Source of the DNA: Balanoglossus misakiensis
Taxonomy: Eukaryota; Animalia; Hemichordata
Direction: 5' to 3'
Length of the DNA stretch: 64,000 bases
NCBI GenBank assembly: GCA_040954595.2
Contig: CM082589.2
Location: 3,548,213-3,612,212, forward strand
The notes beneath the pieces were generated by a model. That model searched no databases and was not told the DNA's origin. It was given only the letters and a program-made list of their open reading frames with translations. Below are positions 29,201-44,200 of the stretch, piece by piece (within the stretch, counting starts at the first letter, position 1; every line of letters begins with the position of its first letter). Made by a program: the position numbers and the translations under genes.

Positions 29201-32200
29201 AGAACTGCCTGCAATTGCTTGAGTCTATCAACAGACTTGTCATTCAGATCATCATAGCCATCCTTGAGTTGATCGACCAATTTCTGAAGTTCATCTCTCT
29301 GTTCTGGGGTCAGCTTATCCCAATTTTCTCTAAGGAAATGCTCGGCTGACTTGATTGTGTCATTGACCTCAGGTTTACGAGACTTCACTGTGTCTTGGAG
29401 TGCCTGTAGACAAATGGAAAATCATATTATTGAAGTTTAAAAACAATGCTATAACGACTTATGCAAAAATATAAAATGTGTAGCATAAACAATTTAAAAA
29501 TTCCCATTCTAATATTCTTGTCTTAGAAAAATTTACCAAATTGAATTTAAAGGGAACCAGTGCAGCCTATTTACCTTTTGTTCATCAACTTGTTCTTGCA
29601 CTGGTTCAATGTCCCGCCCAACAGGTTCCTGAGACTGGAGTTTGTCCTCTGTGGCAGAGATCCAGCCCAACAGGCCAGTGACTTGGTCAGTTTTGTCCTT
29701 CAGGCCCTTTGACACCTCCAGGCCTGTTTCAAGCTCCTGTTGTCGATCGGCGATTTTGGTGCCGATGTCGTCGTAGCGGTTGGCCACATCTTGAGCTTGT
29801 CTTGTGGCTTCTGATGGTTCTAAATTTTCAAAAGAAAAATAATGTAATGCAATCAGAGCTAAAATATGACCAATAATATGACTGATATGTTAAAGCAATT
29901 AAAATCAAAACAAACACACACTGAAAACTGAAAATAAAATTCACATTTTAGCCAGATACCAACCTTTACGGAACTGACCCATCGGCACAGATTCCACCGG
30001 TCGTACGCTGACCGGTGTAATGGCCTCCTCCTCTGGTTGTGTTGCTATGGTGGAACTTCTTCTGTGTGGCACGAGGCTCATGGGTGCTCTGGATTGCTTT
30101 AGTTCATCCGTCTCTTTTGCCAGCTGCTCCAGGTGATGAATCTTGGGCTGGAATTCTTGATAGTCTTTCTGAAGTGGCTGTAGAGGTAAGGAGTGAAAGT
30201 GTAGGCAGGTGGTCAGATTTCAATACAGTCATGGTCAAATCAACAATCTGAACTACTTTGAGTTTGTTAGCATTTCTTGATTTTTATCTTAAAAGTTTCC
30301 CTTTGGAATATTAAGTGTCAACCTTACACAGACTAATACATGTAACTGTCACTGAAAACAGTGCCTTCAGTAGTTTTTGCGATGATCACCACCATCTTGA
30401 GAGGACACTAAAACTTGTACCGAATTTCAACAAGTTTAAAAATGTTTCTCAGAAGAACTAGGAGAGAACCATAATATATTACCTTCTGTCCCTCAATCTG
30501 GGCCTGTATTTTGAAGATTTCATAACTCACAGGCTCCAACTCTGTCAACTTCTCATCCATTCCATCGAGCCACTTGGTTGTCACTTTCAGAGCGCCAACA
30601 AATCTCTTCTGGGCATCATCCCTTTCGTCTTTATGCGTACCCTGTCTGTCCAGGGCATCAAGGAGAGCCTGCCAGTTCCTGTTGACGTTGTTCAACATGT
30701 CTGACACAAGACCGGTGTCACTGGCTTTCGGATCCTTCACCAGGTCTTCGCCGAGTTTCTTGACTTTCTCATAATCTGGTTTCTTCTGCTGTACTTGCTC
30801 AGTAATTTTCTGAAGAATAGAATTGTTTTGTAAGTTTAGAATTACATCTGCATATCTTACTTTTGTCTACGTTCAACAAACGGCTTGGAATCAGGGATTT
30901 TAGTACACAATCAGAATGCAAAAAAACTGTTTTCATACCGCTAATGTGTCCTCCAGTTGTGGCAGATCCATTTGATCAAGCGATGGACTCTCAACAGTCA
31001 CCAATGTGGGCAGCAGCCAGTCCTCAAGCTTATCACTCTCATTGCCAAACTGGGCCAGCTTGTCCAGCCGACCCTGTACGTAGTCTCCATGCTTGTTCAC
31101 CGTGTCAACGTTCTTGTGGTACCTGACGTTGAGGTCGTCCAGTTTCTCCTGGAGTTCTTTGCCGGCTTCCGGGGAGCTCTCCTTGATGAGTTTGGCAGCT
31201 GAGGTGTTTAGGTTCTCAATGCTGGGCTTGTGGCTTTCCAAGTCTGATTGCAGAACCTGAAAGAAGAGACAGTGATCGTACATGTACCTTGTGAGTGTTT
31301 TTGGTTTAATGTACGAGTTATTTATTATGATGTACTTGTCATTTTGTTCTCAGATTTAGTTTACGTCTGTACATTTACCTTCTGTTTCTGCAGCAACTCA
31401 GTCAGGGGTTCCTTCTTCACCACAACCGGCGTCGCCATCAGTTCTTTGACTCGCTTGTCGAAATCATCCGACCACTTCAACTGACTCTCCAGGCCCTTCT
31501 GCACACCCTGAGTCTTGGTCAGTGCCGTCTGGAGAGTGTTGCTGCGGTCAGTGACTTTGTCTTCGAGTTTGGTGTACTTGGTGGCCACCTCGGAGACCAT
31601 CTTTTGCACTTGTGGTTTGGTCTCTGGTTGGGCTTCCACCAGGTCTTGACCTGTCTCTTTCACCTTCTCGACTTGTGGAGCGTGGGCGATGACGTCTTCG
31701 GACAGGGCCTGCGGGATTCAAGTTCCAATGCATTAGAATTTGTGGCCCAACAACACATATAATTAACATCGTGAAGTAGCACTCAAACTGATACTAATAA
31801 TCTTTCCTAAAATAATATGAAAGGCAACTTTTACAAGACAGGAGTTCTGTTTTTTTTTCCAAACAATCCCCACCACTATATACAGTGACACTTACCTTAA
31901 GAGTCTTAATCTGAGACTGCACTGCTGCAGGCTTGGTGCCGACCGGTTTCTTCACCTCGGTGGTTACCTCCTTCTCCTTCTTCTGTAACCACGGCAACAC
32001 TTCATCCACGGCACCCTTGAAGACTTCGTGTTTGGTCAGCACAGACTCGAGTTTTTCTACCTGTGCTGCGCTGTCTGCTTTGAGTTTATTGTAGCGTTCG
32101 TTGGCGTCTGTGAGCTGGTCTCGGATCACTGTTGGCTCTGGTGCCTCGGTGAATTCCCGGGAGATCTTCTTCGGAAGGACAGTGTTACGGAAATCTGCCA

Positions 32201-35200
32201 GATCTTTTTTGTATTCCTGGAGATTAAGATTTTAAAAGAAAGATATTACTGAATATATTCTTTTCTTTGTTATACAATTTCAAAGAATTAAATTTGTGAG
32301 AATCAGCCTGAATTTACAACTAAATGCTATCAAATGGCAACAAAGGAAGACATTTTTCAAAATGAGCTGACAAAAATTATAAATCCTTTTGACCTACCTG
32401 TTCTCGTTCCACAAATTTCTGGCCTTCATCGTTGACACCGTTCAGATCAGCTGCGTGTTTCTCAACATCACGCGTGAACTTCTTGACTTTGTCAATTTGA
32501 GCTTTTATGGCCTTCGGTTCTTTCCCGACATCCTTGCTCAAAGTGCCCTGTGTCTTTTCTGCCTTCTCTAACCACGTGACGAAGTCTTTGTGGTCTTTGT
32601 TGTAAAGCGGCAGTTCTTTCACGGCTTCGTTCAATTTCTTGACTCGGCCGTCCGACGTGATCAGGATGGCGTCGTAGCGAGACCGCAACTCTGTCTGCAG
32701 TTCGCGCAGTCTGTCCTTCTCTGGTTCGTCCAAGATGTCACCCTTCGTGTCCAGCAGCAGCTGTGCGGACTGTACCGCATCGTTGATCGGTTTCTGGTGG
32801 GACACAATGTCTTTCTTGGTGGCCTATGAAGAACACACATTTTCAAAACAAAATTAGACAATAATCAACCATAATCAAGTCAAATTCTGACAAGCTAAAA
32901 AATCTGACATAGGTTGAAAATTTCTGGTTTATACCAATTCAGATATTTTTTAGTCTGCTTGAAACAAAATGGAGAATTTACCTCATTTTCATCTTTCTGA
33001 GATGTCAGTGGTTGTTTCTCTTCCGACATCGGTTGCTGTGATCCAAGCTTCTGCTCGGTGACTCGGATCCATTCCAGCATATCTTTAATTTCAACAGTCA
33101 TGACGTTGTATTTTCTGTCCACTTCAGCCTGAAAAAAATATGACCACCTCATGTCAATGTCAATACTTCATCACATTTCTACCACGATAATGTTGACAGC
33201 CCTGTAAAATGTTGTCAAAACGTATGACTATGTGTAGATTTTCATTGGCTACCAAAGTGACAAAATTACCTTTTCAGCCAACATCTTCTCTGCCTTGTCA
33301 ATGGCTGAGAACAGATCGCTGACATTGTCTTGAGATTTGACGGCGACAGTATCGTAACCCGTCTTGACAGTATCCATGAGTCTCTGCAAATCGGCTTGCT
33401 GTTCGGCAGTCAGTGCCTCTCGATTGTCATTCAGGAATTGGTCAGCTCCCTTGACAGCCGAGTGGACGTCACCACGGTGAACTCGGATATTTTCTTGCAC
33501 ACCCTGATGAGAAGACACGTGTAATAATGGGTAAGATGTGCTGTTAAAGTAGAAAGTCACTCATCAAAGTTGTATCCATAAATGACACAACCAAAGCTAA
33601 TCAGATGCAGTTAGACTTGTCGCTCTCATCTGAATATCATCTTTTTTCCACGAAAAAGACTTTTCACCAACAAACCTGTTGAGCATCCAGCTGTTCTTTC
33701 AGCGTAGTGAAATCATCAGTGACCAGTGTTTCCTTGGCAACGTCACTTTCCACATCAGCCAGCCAAGTTTTCACTTCCTCCAGTTGTGCCAATTTCAACT
33801 CCATGGTCTCTGCCACATGGAGATTCCCCATCAGTTCGGTCTGTCTGTCCTCAACCTTCCAGTTGAGGGCATTGTAACGCTCTGTGATGTCAGTGACCTT
33901 CTTCTGCGCAGCTGTGGGGCCTTTGGGAGTAAAGAGATAACGAGAAAGATTTAACAAAAAAAATGATGTGATATATCCTCTAATGGCTGCTACATAAAGA
34001 GTGTATAAAACAATTTATTGTTGGATGTATGAAATTACCTCTCAGAAGTTCTCCAGCTGTAACTAGCTCAGATGGTCTCTTGGTTATCTTCTCAACATCC
34101 TCGGGCTCTGCGATCACTGAGCTCCTCCTCGCTGGCGCTGCCATGGTGATGGCTTCATCTGGCTCACTGAGCGCGTCCAGTTTGGCGCCGAGGGTGTCGG
34201 CCTCGCTGATCCTGGGTTTGAATTCTTCGATCTCTTTCTGTATTGGCTGTGTATAAACGAGAAACAAGAAAGGTTTCTGTCAACTTTTTGATGGATCCTA
34301 CAGAGATGTGAAGCAATTGTGCAGCTACATGAGAAACCTTTAGACACACTAACTAAAGGCACTGAAGTGTACAGGTCAATGTGAAAAAAAAAGATCAAAA
34401 CACTAAAAAATGTCCACCTTCTGCTCTTCAACTTGTTTCTCTAGTGATGGCTTGTCATGAGCCGGTGATTCCAATTGGCCAATTTTGTCCTCCATGGTAT
34501 CCAACCAGCTATCAGCTGTCTTCGTCGTCTTGGCAAACTTCTTCACTGCCTTCTCTTTGTCTTGGAATTTCTTATTCCTGCATGAATGACAAAAGAAGAA
34601 TTATTCATTGTTACTTTTGATATACATAATTTTTATACTTAAAGTTAAATTCTGTCACACTGGATAAGATTGTTTCACACTGAGTCTTCTCAAATCAAGA
34701 TTTTATTGGTGCCTTTCCTGAACTTTAAATCTTATTCTCACCTTCTCTCCAAGGCATCTTCGAGAGCCTGCCAATTCTTGTCGACGTTCTTCAAGATCTC
34801 GGACACCATGGACGTGTCTGTGGCTTGGGGATCTTTGATAAGTTCGCTGCCGAGCTGTTTGATCTTCTTGTGGAGGGGTCGGTGCGCTTCAACCTCCCTG
34901 ACGACGGCTTGCAGTTTCTTGTTGAGGTCGTTGGGTGCCATTCTGTCGACGTCCGGTGACTGCAGCGACTCCAGCGTCGGCAGCAACCAGTCCTCGAGTT
35001 CGTCCGCCAACTTGAGCAGCTCGGCCAACTTGTCGATCTCCGACTCCAGGTATTCACCGCGATTGTCAACTCGGCTGTCGACCCTCTGGCAGCGATCGGT
35101 CAGTGTGTCCACTTTACTCTTCACAGCCTTGGCAGTTTCTGGTTCGCTCTTCTCCATGAACTCCTCTGCCATCTTCACAACTGATTCGATGCTTGGTTTG

Positions 35201-38200
35201 TGACTCTCGATATCGCTTCCCAAAACCTGCAAATTTGACAAAAAATCAATACAGATTTGGTCAGTATCTCATCACTGTTATTTTGTATAATTTTCTGCAC
35301 AAGACTACACGACAAACTTGTACACAGAAGTCGAGATGAGTTGGTTACAAACTTTAGAATTCATCATAAAAAATGTCTAATTCACATTCACCCTGCTGGT
35401 AGAACTTTAATGAGCAGAAAATTTAATCCACTAAGACCAGCCATAATTATTTTACCTTGCTGTGTTGGAGCTGTTCCAATAGTGGCTCCTTTCTCACAAT
35501 GACAGGTTTGATTTCGAATCGGTCCACCTGGCCCTCAATCTCATCCAACCACTTCAACTGTGCATCTAAGCCGTCCAGAACTCCCAGAGATTCTGTCACG
35601 GCCACTTGGAGTTTGTTGACCCGGTCGGTGGATTTCTCCTTGATGCTGTCGTATTTCTCATCAATACCAGCTGAAATTTCAGAAAAGAAAATACATAATT
35701 ATGTCATTGCATCGTTTTTCAAGAATTCACTATTCAATCATCTAAAAGGAATTTGTGTGATTCACTTAACCATACCTAATTGGCCTTCGATTTCTGGTTT
35801 GATTTCTGGTTGATGTTCAGCCAGATCTTCTCCAGTGTATCTGGCTTCTTCTACTTCTTTACCATGAGAGATGACATCCTCATTCAAACTCTGTAGGGAG
35901 AAAAACAACATAATTATTTTTAAAAACTGGAATTTTATAGTCATGCAGGCTTCAAATGGAAGACAACACAGGGTATTTCTACTGTACTATGGCAGTTTTT
36001 CTGTAAACACAAATGAAGCGTCAAATTTAAATTTTAACACAGCTTTTGCGAAACTCACCTTGGCCTTTTCAATCTGTATTTCCACTTTCTTGGGTTCAGA
36101 GAAGATCGGCTCTCTCGCCTGCTGCTCTACAATCTGCTCTGTTGTTTCCAACCAGGGAACCAGCTCGCTGAGAATATCGTGGTATTTCTGGTGCTTGCCT
36201 TCCAGGGTGGTCAGCTTCTCAAGGTGCTTAGCAAAGTGGATGTTGAGTTTTTCGTATCTTTCATTGACGTTGACGAGTTTTATCCTAACGATGTTGGAGG
36301 CAGGCTCTTCTACATACTGCTCGTTGAAATCTTTTGGAAGAGTTGACTTCCGGAAATCTGAAAGTGTTTTCTTAAAGTCCTATGTGGGAAAGCAAAAAGT
36401 CAATTTATTTTTTCATTTTCATGTAATTGCCAAACAAATGAATTTTTACACTAGACAAGTTTCTACATTAGCACTCTCTTTTAATTTTTCTTGACGAATA
36501 CAAACACAATGCATTCATACTATTTGGAGAAGATTTGATAACTTAGACAGTCAGGTAACATTGCCAATTTTTATAATCCCAGAAAACAGAACTCTTCAAT
36601 CCCTTTATCATCTTTGCTTACTGCATGCTAATTATTTTCATTGGCTCTGCTGGACCAGCACACATGCAAATAGGGGTGTTAGGGTAAAAAAACTCACCTT
36701 TGCTTCATCCAGGAACACCTGACCCTCATCATTGAGTGCTACGACTTCAGGTTTGTGCTCCGACACCTCATCTTTGAACATCTTGATCTGTGTCGCTTGG
36801 ACGTTCAGTGACTCGGGATCTGTGCCGACGTCTTTCTGGATGACAGCGAACGTCTTCTCCGCCTTCTGCAGCCAGGTTCCAAAGTGTCTCAGATCGCCTT
36901 CGAACTTCTTCAGATTATTCGACGCCGGTTCAAGTTGCTTCTCCCTGTCGTCGACTTCTTTGTTCACGTTGTCGTATCGTCTCTTGAGCTCTGATTGGCT
37001 GTCCTGCAGTTTTGACTTGTCCTCTGGGGTCAGCTTGTTGCCGTGCTGGGCCACCAGGAGCTGGACATCTTGCAGGACCTGGTAGACAGGTTCTTCATGG
37101 GCTTTGACATCATCATGAATAACCTACAAAAATAATTTCCACATTTCATCAATCTAACTGCATAAAACATGTATTGACAAAATTTCCTGCATATAACGTA
37201 CAGTTCTACACATTTCAGTTGCCATTGTGTGCTCATATAACCCCAAAACCAATGCCTACAAACCTTGAATTCTTTGACCTGCTCCTGCAGTGGTTTCCTC
37301 TCTTCTCTGATTGGTTGCTCAGATCCGAGTTTGCGTTCGGTCACTCTGACCCACTCCAATAGGTCCTGGATGACCACAGAATCCCTGGTGCACTGCTCGT
37401 GGATTTTGACCTACAAAAAAAAACAATCGTACAAAAATACTGCGTAAGCCGAAAAATGTATGGATTCTGTACAATTTTTCACCCAGTTTCGTACAGTAGG
37501 CCCTACACAACTCTCAAACACATAGTGTCTGACTTATTGTATATAAGATGACTCCCACATCTCCAGCACCTATACCAATCCCCTCTTCTTTGCTTTATTG
37601 AATTGACAATTCCACTTATCTTAAAGATGTCAGAGATTCCACAACAAAAACTTACAAACACACAATTTCACAAATTTTCACAAAATTTACCTGTTCAACC
37701 TGAACCATTTCCAGTCTCTGCTGTTCAGCTTGCAGTTGTTTGAGTCTGTCTGCCGACAGTGCAACGACTTCATCTCGAGATGTCTTCAGCTCTTCAACTT
37801 TCCTCTCAACAGCTTCCAACTGTTCCGGATTCAGCGTGTCTTTATTCACCAGGATATGTTCCTCTGCAGCTCGGATAACAGTGTCCAACTCACTCTGGCG
37901 AGCCTTCAACTCATCATCAATAGACTATAGAAGTAAAAGGCATCGAATTTTAATATTGCCATTTGCTTTTGCAATCTGATCCACTATGGCTCTCAGTCAG
38001 CCATTTTGTTTCAATTTTCATTTTCATAACTCAGACATGAATGGATTGTGTTGGAAAACTGGTATGAGGTGATTCTATTGTGACTTGCAGACACACACAA
38101 ATTTCGCACACAACGAGTTGATATGACATCCAATTATACTAAAAGAAAAAACTGTTAGAAAATCTGGTTAAAGAAACAAAATGTACTTGGTGTACCTCTT

Positions 38201-41200
38201 GGTCTTTCATCTCAGCTTCAAGTGTCTCGCTGTCTTGTGGTGTTTCTGCAGATTTCATGGTCTCTGCCTTCTCAGTTACCCAGCCAAGGCTTGCTTGTAG
38301 GCTGTCAATCCTCTCTGCAACAATGATGTTGGTGTCAAGCTGTTCTTGTCGATCAGTCACCTTCATGTCCAGCGCATCGTATCTTGTGGTGATGTCCGAC
38401 AGCTGTCGCTGGATTGGTGACTCTTCTGCAGAAACAAAAAAATGAAGACAACTTAGCTTAAGCATTCTCTTATTGGAATTGTTTTTTACGTTTTTCACAA
38501 AATCTGCACTTTCTTACCTTTAAAGAATGTCTCGGGTTCCTCTTCAGGTTTCGTTTCTGGGAATACTTCCTGTTCGACGACCGTACTTCTTTTGTGCGGT
38601 TCAGTCTGTGAGAGGACTGCTGTGGACTCTGTAATGGTTTCAATGGTTGTGCCCAATTCTTGTGCCTTCTCCACTTTAGGTTTGAAGTCCTTCACCTCTT
38701 TGTGGATCGGCTACAGTAGAAGGGAGATCATAGGAAACAGTCAGACATTATTTTTTAAAATCACTCTTTCATAGCTTTATATTCATATTTTCTCTATAGA
38801 GTAAACACAGAGATGCCCGTCAATTTGAATTTTCAAATTTGAGACAATGTCGCTCTCGTATTCAAACTTCTGTACGGTGACCCTCAATTTTATTCTCAAT
38901 TTTTTAAAAGATAATAATGTAAAGTTTTCTTGAGTGACATTCTCACCTTGTGTTCAGTAATCTGTTTTTGCAGTGTTGGTGTGTCTTCAGCCGGAGGTGA
39001 GAGTTGTTGCACTTTGCTCTCTGTCTTCTCCAGCCAATCGGTGACGTACTTCACGTGACCTTGGAACTGACCCTCTGTGAAGTGTCTCTCTTCAAGTTGT
39101 TCATTCCTGCATTGAAAAATGAGAGTGACTTATTAAAGCTGCATCACCTTTCTCGTCAAAAGAGTTTAAAGATGCACCGCCTTCAGGTCTCCACTTATGG
39201 CATGTGTCAATATTAGCTAAAATGTTTTTTATAGCAGCCACTCATGCTGATAATCATGTTTCAAGTTGAAAGTTCCCATTTCTGACATTTAAAACATAAG
39301 TCACCCCAAAGATAACCTTGTTCTGATCACTCCATCCATGAAGCATTATATTCTCTTGAGATGTAAGATATAACCAATCAAAAAAATAGAACTCTGACCA
39401 ACAAAATGCAGACCAAAGATACATGAGTTCACAAACTGAACAGTCAATCACATCACTTGTTTCATCTTACCTCTGTCTAAGAGCATCCAGCAAAGCTTGC
39501 CAGTTCTTGGTGTCATTGTCTAAGATGTCCTCCACAGCAGAGGTGTCCTTGGCCTTGGGGTCTTTGGTGAGCTCACTGCCAAGTCTTGTCACTGTGTCAT
39601 GCAGAGGGCGGTAGGTATCAACCTGCTTGGTCACTTCCTGCAAAATCAAGCATCAATATCGCTATGGTGATGAAAAGCAACATAAAGTAGCCATGAATGA
39701 GATTTTAAATTGCATCATTAAGTATCCTTCATTGTATGACTCTACCAAGTACATTTAATCAACTTGACACTCATATCACTCCCTCCTACTTGCCCTCACT
39801 GTCTCCACCCACCTTCATTTTCTTCGCCAATTCATCATGTGGTTTTCTGCCGGTCTCCTTTGACTCCACATCTTTCAGCGTCGGCAGCAGCCAGTCTTCC
39901 AGTTCATCCACCTTATCCATGAATTCCGACAGCTTGTCCAGTCTTCCCTGCAGGTAGACTCCGTGACGCTTGGCCCTGTCGTCCACCTTGCGGAAGCGTC
40001 CGGTCACGTCGTCCAGTTTGGGCTTCAGATTCCGGGATTCTGGCGACTTCCGCACTGTATCCAGGATTGGTCGGTGATTGTCGATGTCAGACTGAAGGGC
40101 CTGTTTGAGATAAAACAAAAGTAAATTGCATATTCGATTTTGACATCACTGTCTGCAATACAAAATTGGGAACATGTGTGTTATTCTCACATCTGAAATC
40201 TTCCAGAAACGTCTAGTTACCTTGACAACTTGTATCTGCACCATGAGTGGATCTCTCTTGATGACCACTGGTGTCTCCTTCTCAACGGCGTCCATCTTCT
40301 TCTCTGCTTCCTTCAGCCACTCGTCCAGTTTGTCCAAGTTGTCCTGGACACTCTGTGCCTCGGACAGCGATGTCTGAAGAATGGTGTATCGGCTGGTCAC
40401 ATGGTACTGGATCTGTGTGTAGCGCCTGATGACTTCCACTGTAGAATTAGCATCATTGCAAGTTGGTTAGAGTGATACATTTTTGTTGTGTTGTATTTAT
40501 CAATTCCTTGCCTTATCTTTTGCTATAAAGGTTTCCAGGGATCATTACATGAGTTATTATATATGTGAGTGAGTTTCTGACATCAAGATTTGTGACTTTT
40601 CGAGGAAATATAGTTTCACGAAAAGAGATCATTTAGTGCTTAGGCACAATACATTACATTTTGACGTTTTGTTGACTTACCAACAATCTTATCAACTTCG
40701 GGTTTATATTCCGGTTTTGTTTCTGAAATGTCTTTGCCACTTTCCTTTAGATTTTCAACATCTTTGCCGTGAGTTATGACATCATCATTCAGATCCTGGA
40801 AAATATGACAAAGGCAAAAATTTATATTTTAAATTACATAATTATATAACAGTGTAATTTGTGAAAATTTTCAATAAAAATAATTTTCCGTTTAAATTAG
40901 TCAACAAGAAATCAATGATTACCTTGAGTTTGTCAACTTGTTTCTGTATCTGACTTGGCTGTGTGCCAACAGGTTCATCGGTCTGATTGGCCAATTCCTG
41001 CTCTGTATTCGTCAGCCATATTGAGATGGTACCGGCTTGTTCCTTCAGCTGTTGGTACTTCTCCACAACATCACCGATTTTGGCCGCTTGCTCCTCAAAG
41101 TCGACCGTGAGTCTGTTGTACCTGGTGTTGAGGTCAGCGATCTTGTCTCTAATGGTGTTGGAGTCGGGTGTCTCCTGATAGTCTCGGCTAAACTGCTTGG

Positions 41201-44200
41201 GGAGTACCATGACTCTGAACTTGGCAATGTCAGCTTTGAAATTCTGTTGAGTGAACAGTGAGAATCAATGCTTTATTTCCAGGCACAGTGGAATCAAGCA
41301 CAGCAAACCAGTGTCACACAAACAAGGACTTGTCGGGTCAGTATACAAGGCAATAGCCAAAATTGTATGTTCACTCTTTTATTATATTATATCAGTGTAA
41401 CATGGCCACAAATACATCGTTGGGATTGGTTGAGAGCCTGTTTTAACGGTATTCCATGATTTTCAAGAACTTTCCAGGGATGGTTTCCAATTTCCAGGAT
41501 TTCCTATAAGTATGTAAACTCTGAAAAATAAGTAGAGATCTGTGTGTTGATACTTACATTATTGTCTTCTAAGATCCTATGACCTTCATTGTTGATGTCA
41601 ATCAGATCGTTCTTGTGTCTCGTCACGTCGTGTCTGAACGTCTTGATGAGTCTCTCGTGGTCTTTGAGGGCGCTGGGCTCCTTCGGCACATCAGCCAAGG
41701 TTGTCTTCAGCGTCTCCTCCGAACTCACCAGCCAGACTTCAAACGTGATGTACTTCTGGTAGAATTCTTTCAGCTTCTCGAGGGCCTCCTCCAGATTCTT
41801 CACTCTCAGGTCGGTTTCCTCCTTGACTTTCTCGTACCGAGGTTTCAGGTCGTTGATGTCGTCTGTGAGTTTTTCCTTCTGATCATCGCTGAGAGCGCTG
41901 TTGTATTTCTTGAGGAAATCCTCTGCACCCTTCAAGGCTCTGTTCACAGGCTCCTTGTGTGAAACAACATCATCCTTGATGGTCTGAGAGGAAAGCATAA
42001 TAAATGATGCCATTATCAAGAACGTCATTTCATTTTCAAAAATCTTTGTACTGTCGTTTGCTCAGAACAACTGAAGATAGAAATATATCGTAACTCTATG
42101 TAACATGGACGCAAAAGACATGAAAGGTCAAACCAGGCAAAAGGTTACATTTCCTAATTTGATTTCTGATGGGCTGAAATGTTAGAGTTCACACGTCTAC
42201 TAACCTTGACCTCACTGACTTGTCTGCTGAGTTGTTCTGGCTCTTCATTGATTGGCTGCTGGGAGCCCAGTCTCTCCTCAATGGATTTCACCCAATCCAG
42301 TTGTTCTTTCAGGCTGTATGTCTGCAGAGAGTACTGCTCCTTCAGGGCAGCCTGGGATGGGAGACAAGGCCATGCAGAAAACAGTGATAACAAAGATGTG
42401 TATTTGGAAAATTTTCAAATCTAGCAAATCTTTCACTGAAACCATGGAAACAATGAAACCATGGAAACACTGCTCATTGCGGGACAAATGAAACAAAATA
42501 TGAAATAAAGTTTAACATTAATTTGAAACTGATGCATGACTAATAATTCTGTATCACCCAAGACTACTTTGGCTTCCTCTATGGTTGCAATGGAAATGAT
42601 CATGATGACTGCATACACTGTGAGCCTGTAATGGTTTGTGTGTCATACAATGAGAATATGAAAAAAAAAGAATTTCTACTAAAATGAACTGGTGGCAGTC
42701 TATATTTTGGTGTAGGCAGCAACACAGTCACTGGCAGAAAACCTTAGCTTAGCATGACAAATGGTAGCAATCACCTTTTCTCCCAGCTCTTGTTCGAGCC
42801 GACTTACGGTTGCCTGTAACTCTTTGATTTTGTCGTCTGACAGACCAGAGATGCCGTCGTAATCGATCTTGATCTCCTGAATCAGGCCTTCCAGAAGCTC
42901 CTGTTGTTCGGGTGTCAGATTGTCTCGGTTTGCGAGCAGGAACTTCTCGGTGGTCTTGATCTCGGCATCGATGGGTTCCTTTTGAGCCACAATCTCACCC
43001 TTCAGAGCCTGAATAAAGTTACAAAATACACAGTTGACTTTTTGTCCCGATTTCCTAAGATTTTCTGTGTGAGTGGTTTCATATTTGTGGACTTTCCAAG
43101 GGCATATGCATGTTATAGACAGCAGTGTGATGTGGACAAAAATGTACACTTGTTGTGTTCTATGATGCTGAATTTTCCTCACCACATTACAGAGGTATGA
43201 CCAGCAAAATTAAAAATATTTGAAATAATTGCTGGATTTCCTCAATCATATAAATCTCCCCCCCCCCCCTCTCAAATTCCTCTCCTTAGAATCAACTCAC
43301 CTTCTGCTTATTGACTTTCTCCAAAGCAACCTTCAGTTCCTCTGCATCCGGCTCTGTTTCCTGGATCTTCTCTTCCGTGGATTGTATCCAGTCAAGAATA
43401 CCCTGGAGTGAGTTCTTCCGGCTGCCGACCTTCTTGGCCAGCTCAAGGGCTGTGTCCAGCTCGTCCTGTCTCTCAGTTGCTCTGACCTTTAGCTTGTCGT
43501 ATCTGTCGTTCACTTCATCAAGCTGCTTCCGTACTTCAGGTACTTCTGTAGGAAGGAAAGGAAATTGTCACTACTATTCTCTCAGATTTGGAATTGAATT
43601 GAATATTTCACTGAGCTGAACACATTAATAAGCTTTCAAAACAAATTAAGATAACCAAAAAAATATCAACATCAAAAGCATCAACTGCAAGACAGGAAAA
43701 TTTACAAAAAAGTGACCAATCAAATAAGGTGACTCATTCTTGCCTTCAATGACTGGTGTCCTGGCTTCAGTAATGTCAGTTGGGATTGGCTCTTTCCCTT
43801 CCCTGTCTGGCTCCGCAAAGTCTGTACTTCTCAGGTGAATGGCGCCCCTGTGCAAGACATCCCAGGTGCGCGACGTCCTCAGAACAGTCTCGCCAATCTC
43901 ATTGGTTCTGTCAATGTGGGGTTTGTAGTCCTTTATCTCTTTCTGTATTGGCTGGAAGAAAATTACGGTGGGAATATTTGAGACACGTCCAAGATAATTG
44001 CCACACTCGAAATGCTTTGCCCGAGTTGAAAATCTGCAGATATTAAGTGTATAGATCAACAGCCTACATGATTACTGAATAATGGGCAATTTTATATTAT
44101 GATAAATTCCGGGTTTCTTTTCAACAATAGGGTGCATAATACGGGAGGACCTCACCTTGCTTTCGCTGATCTGTTTTGGAATGGTTTCCACATCACTGGA

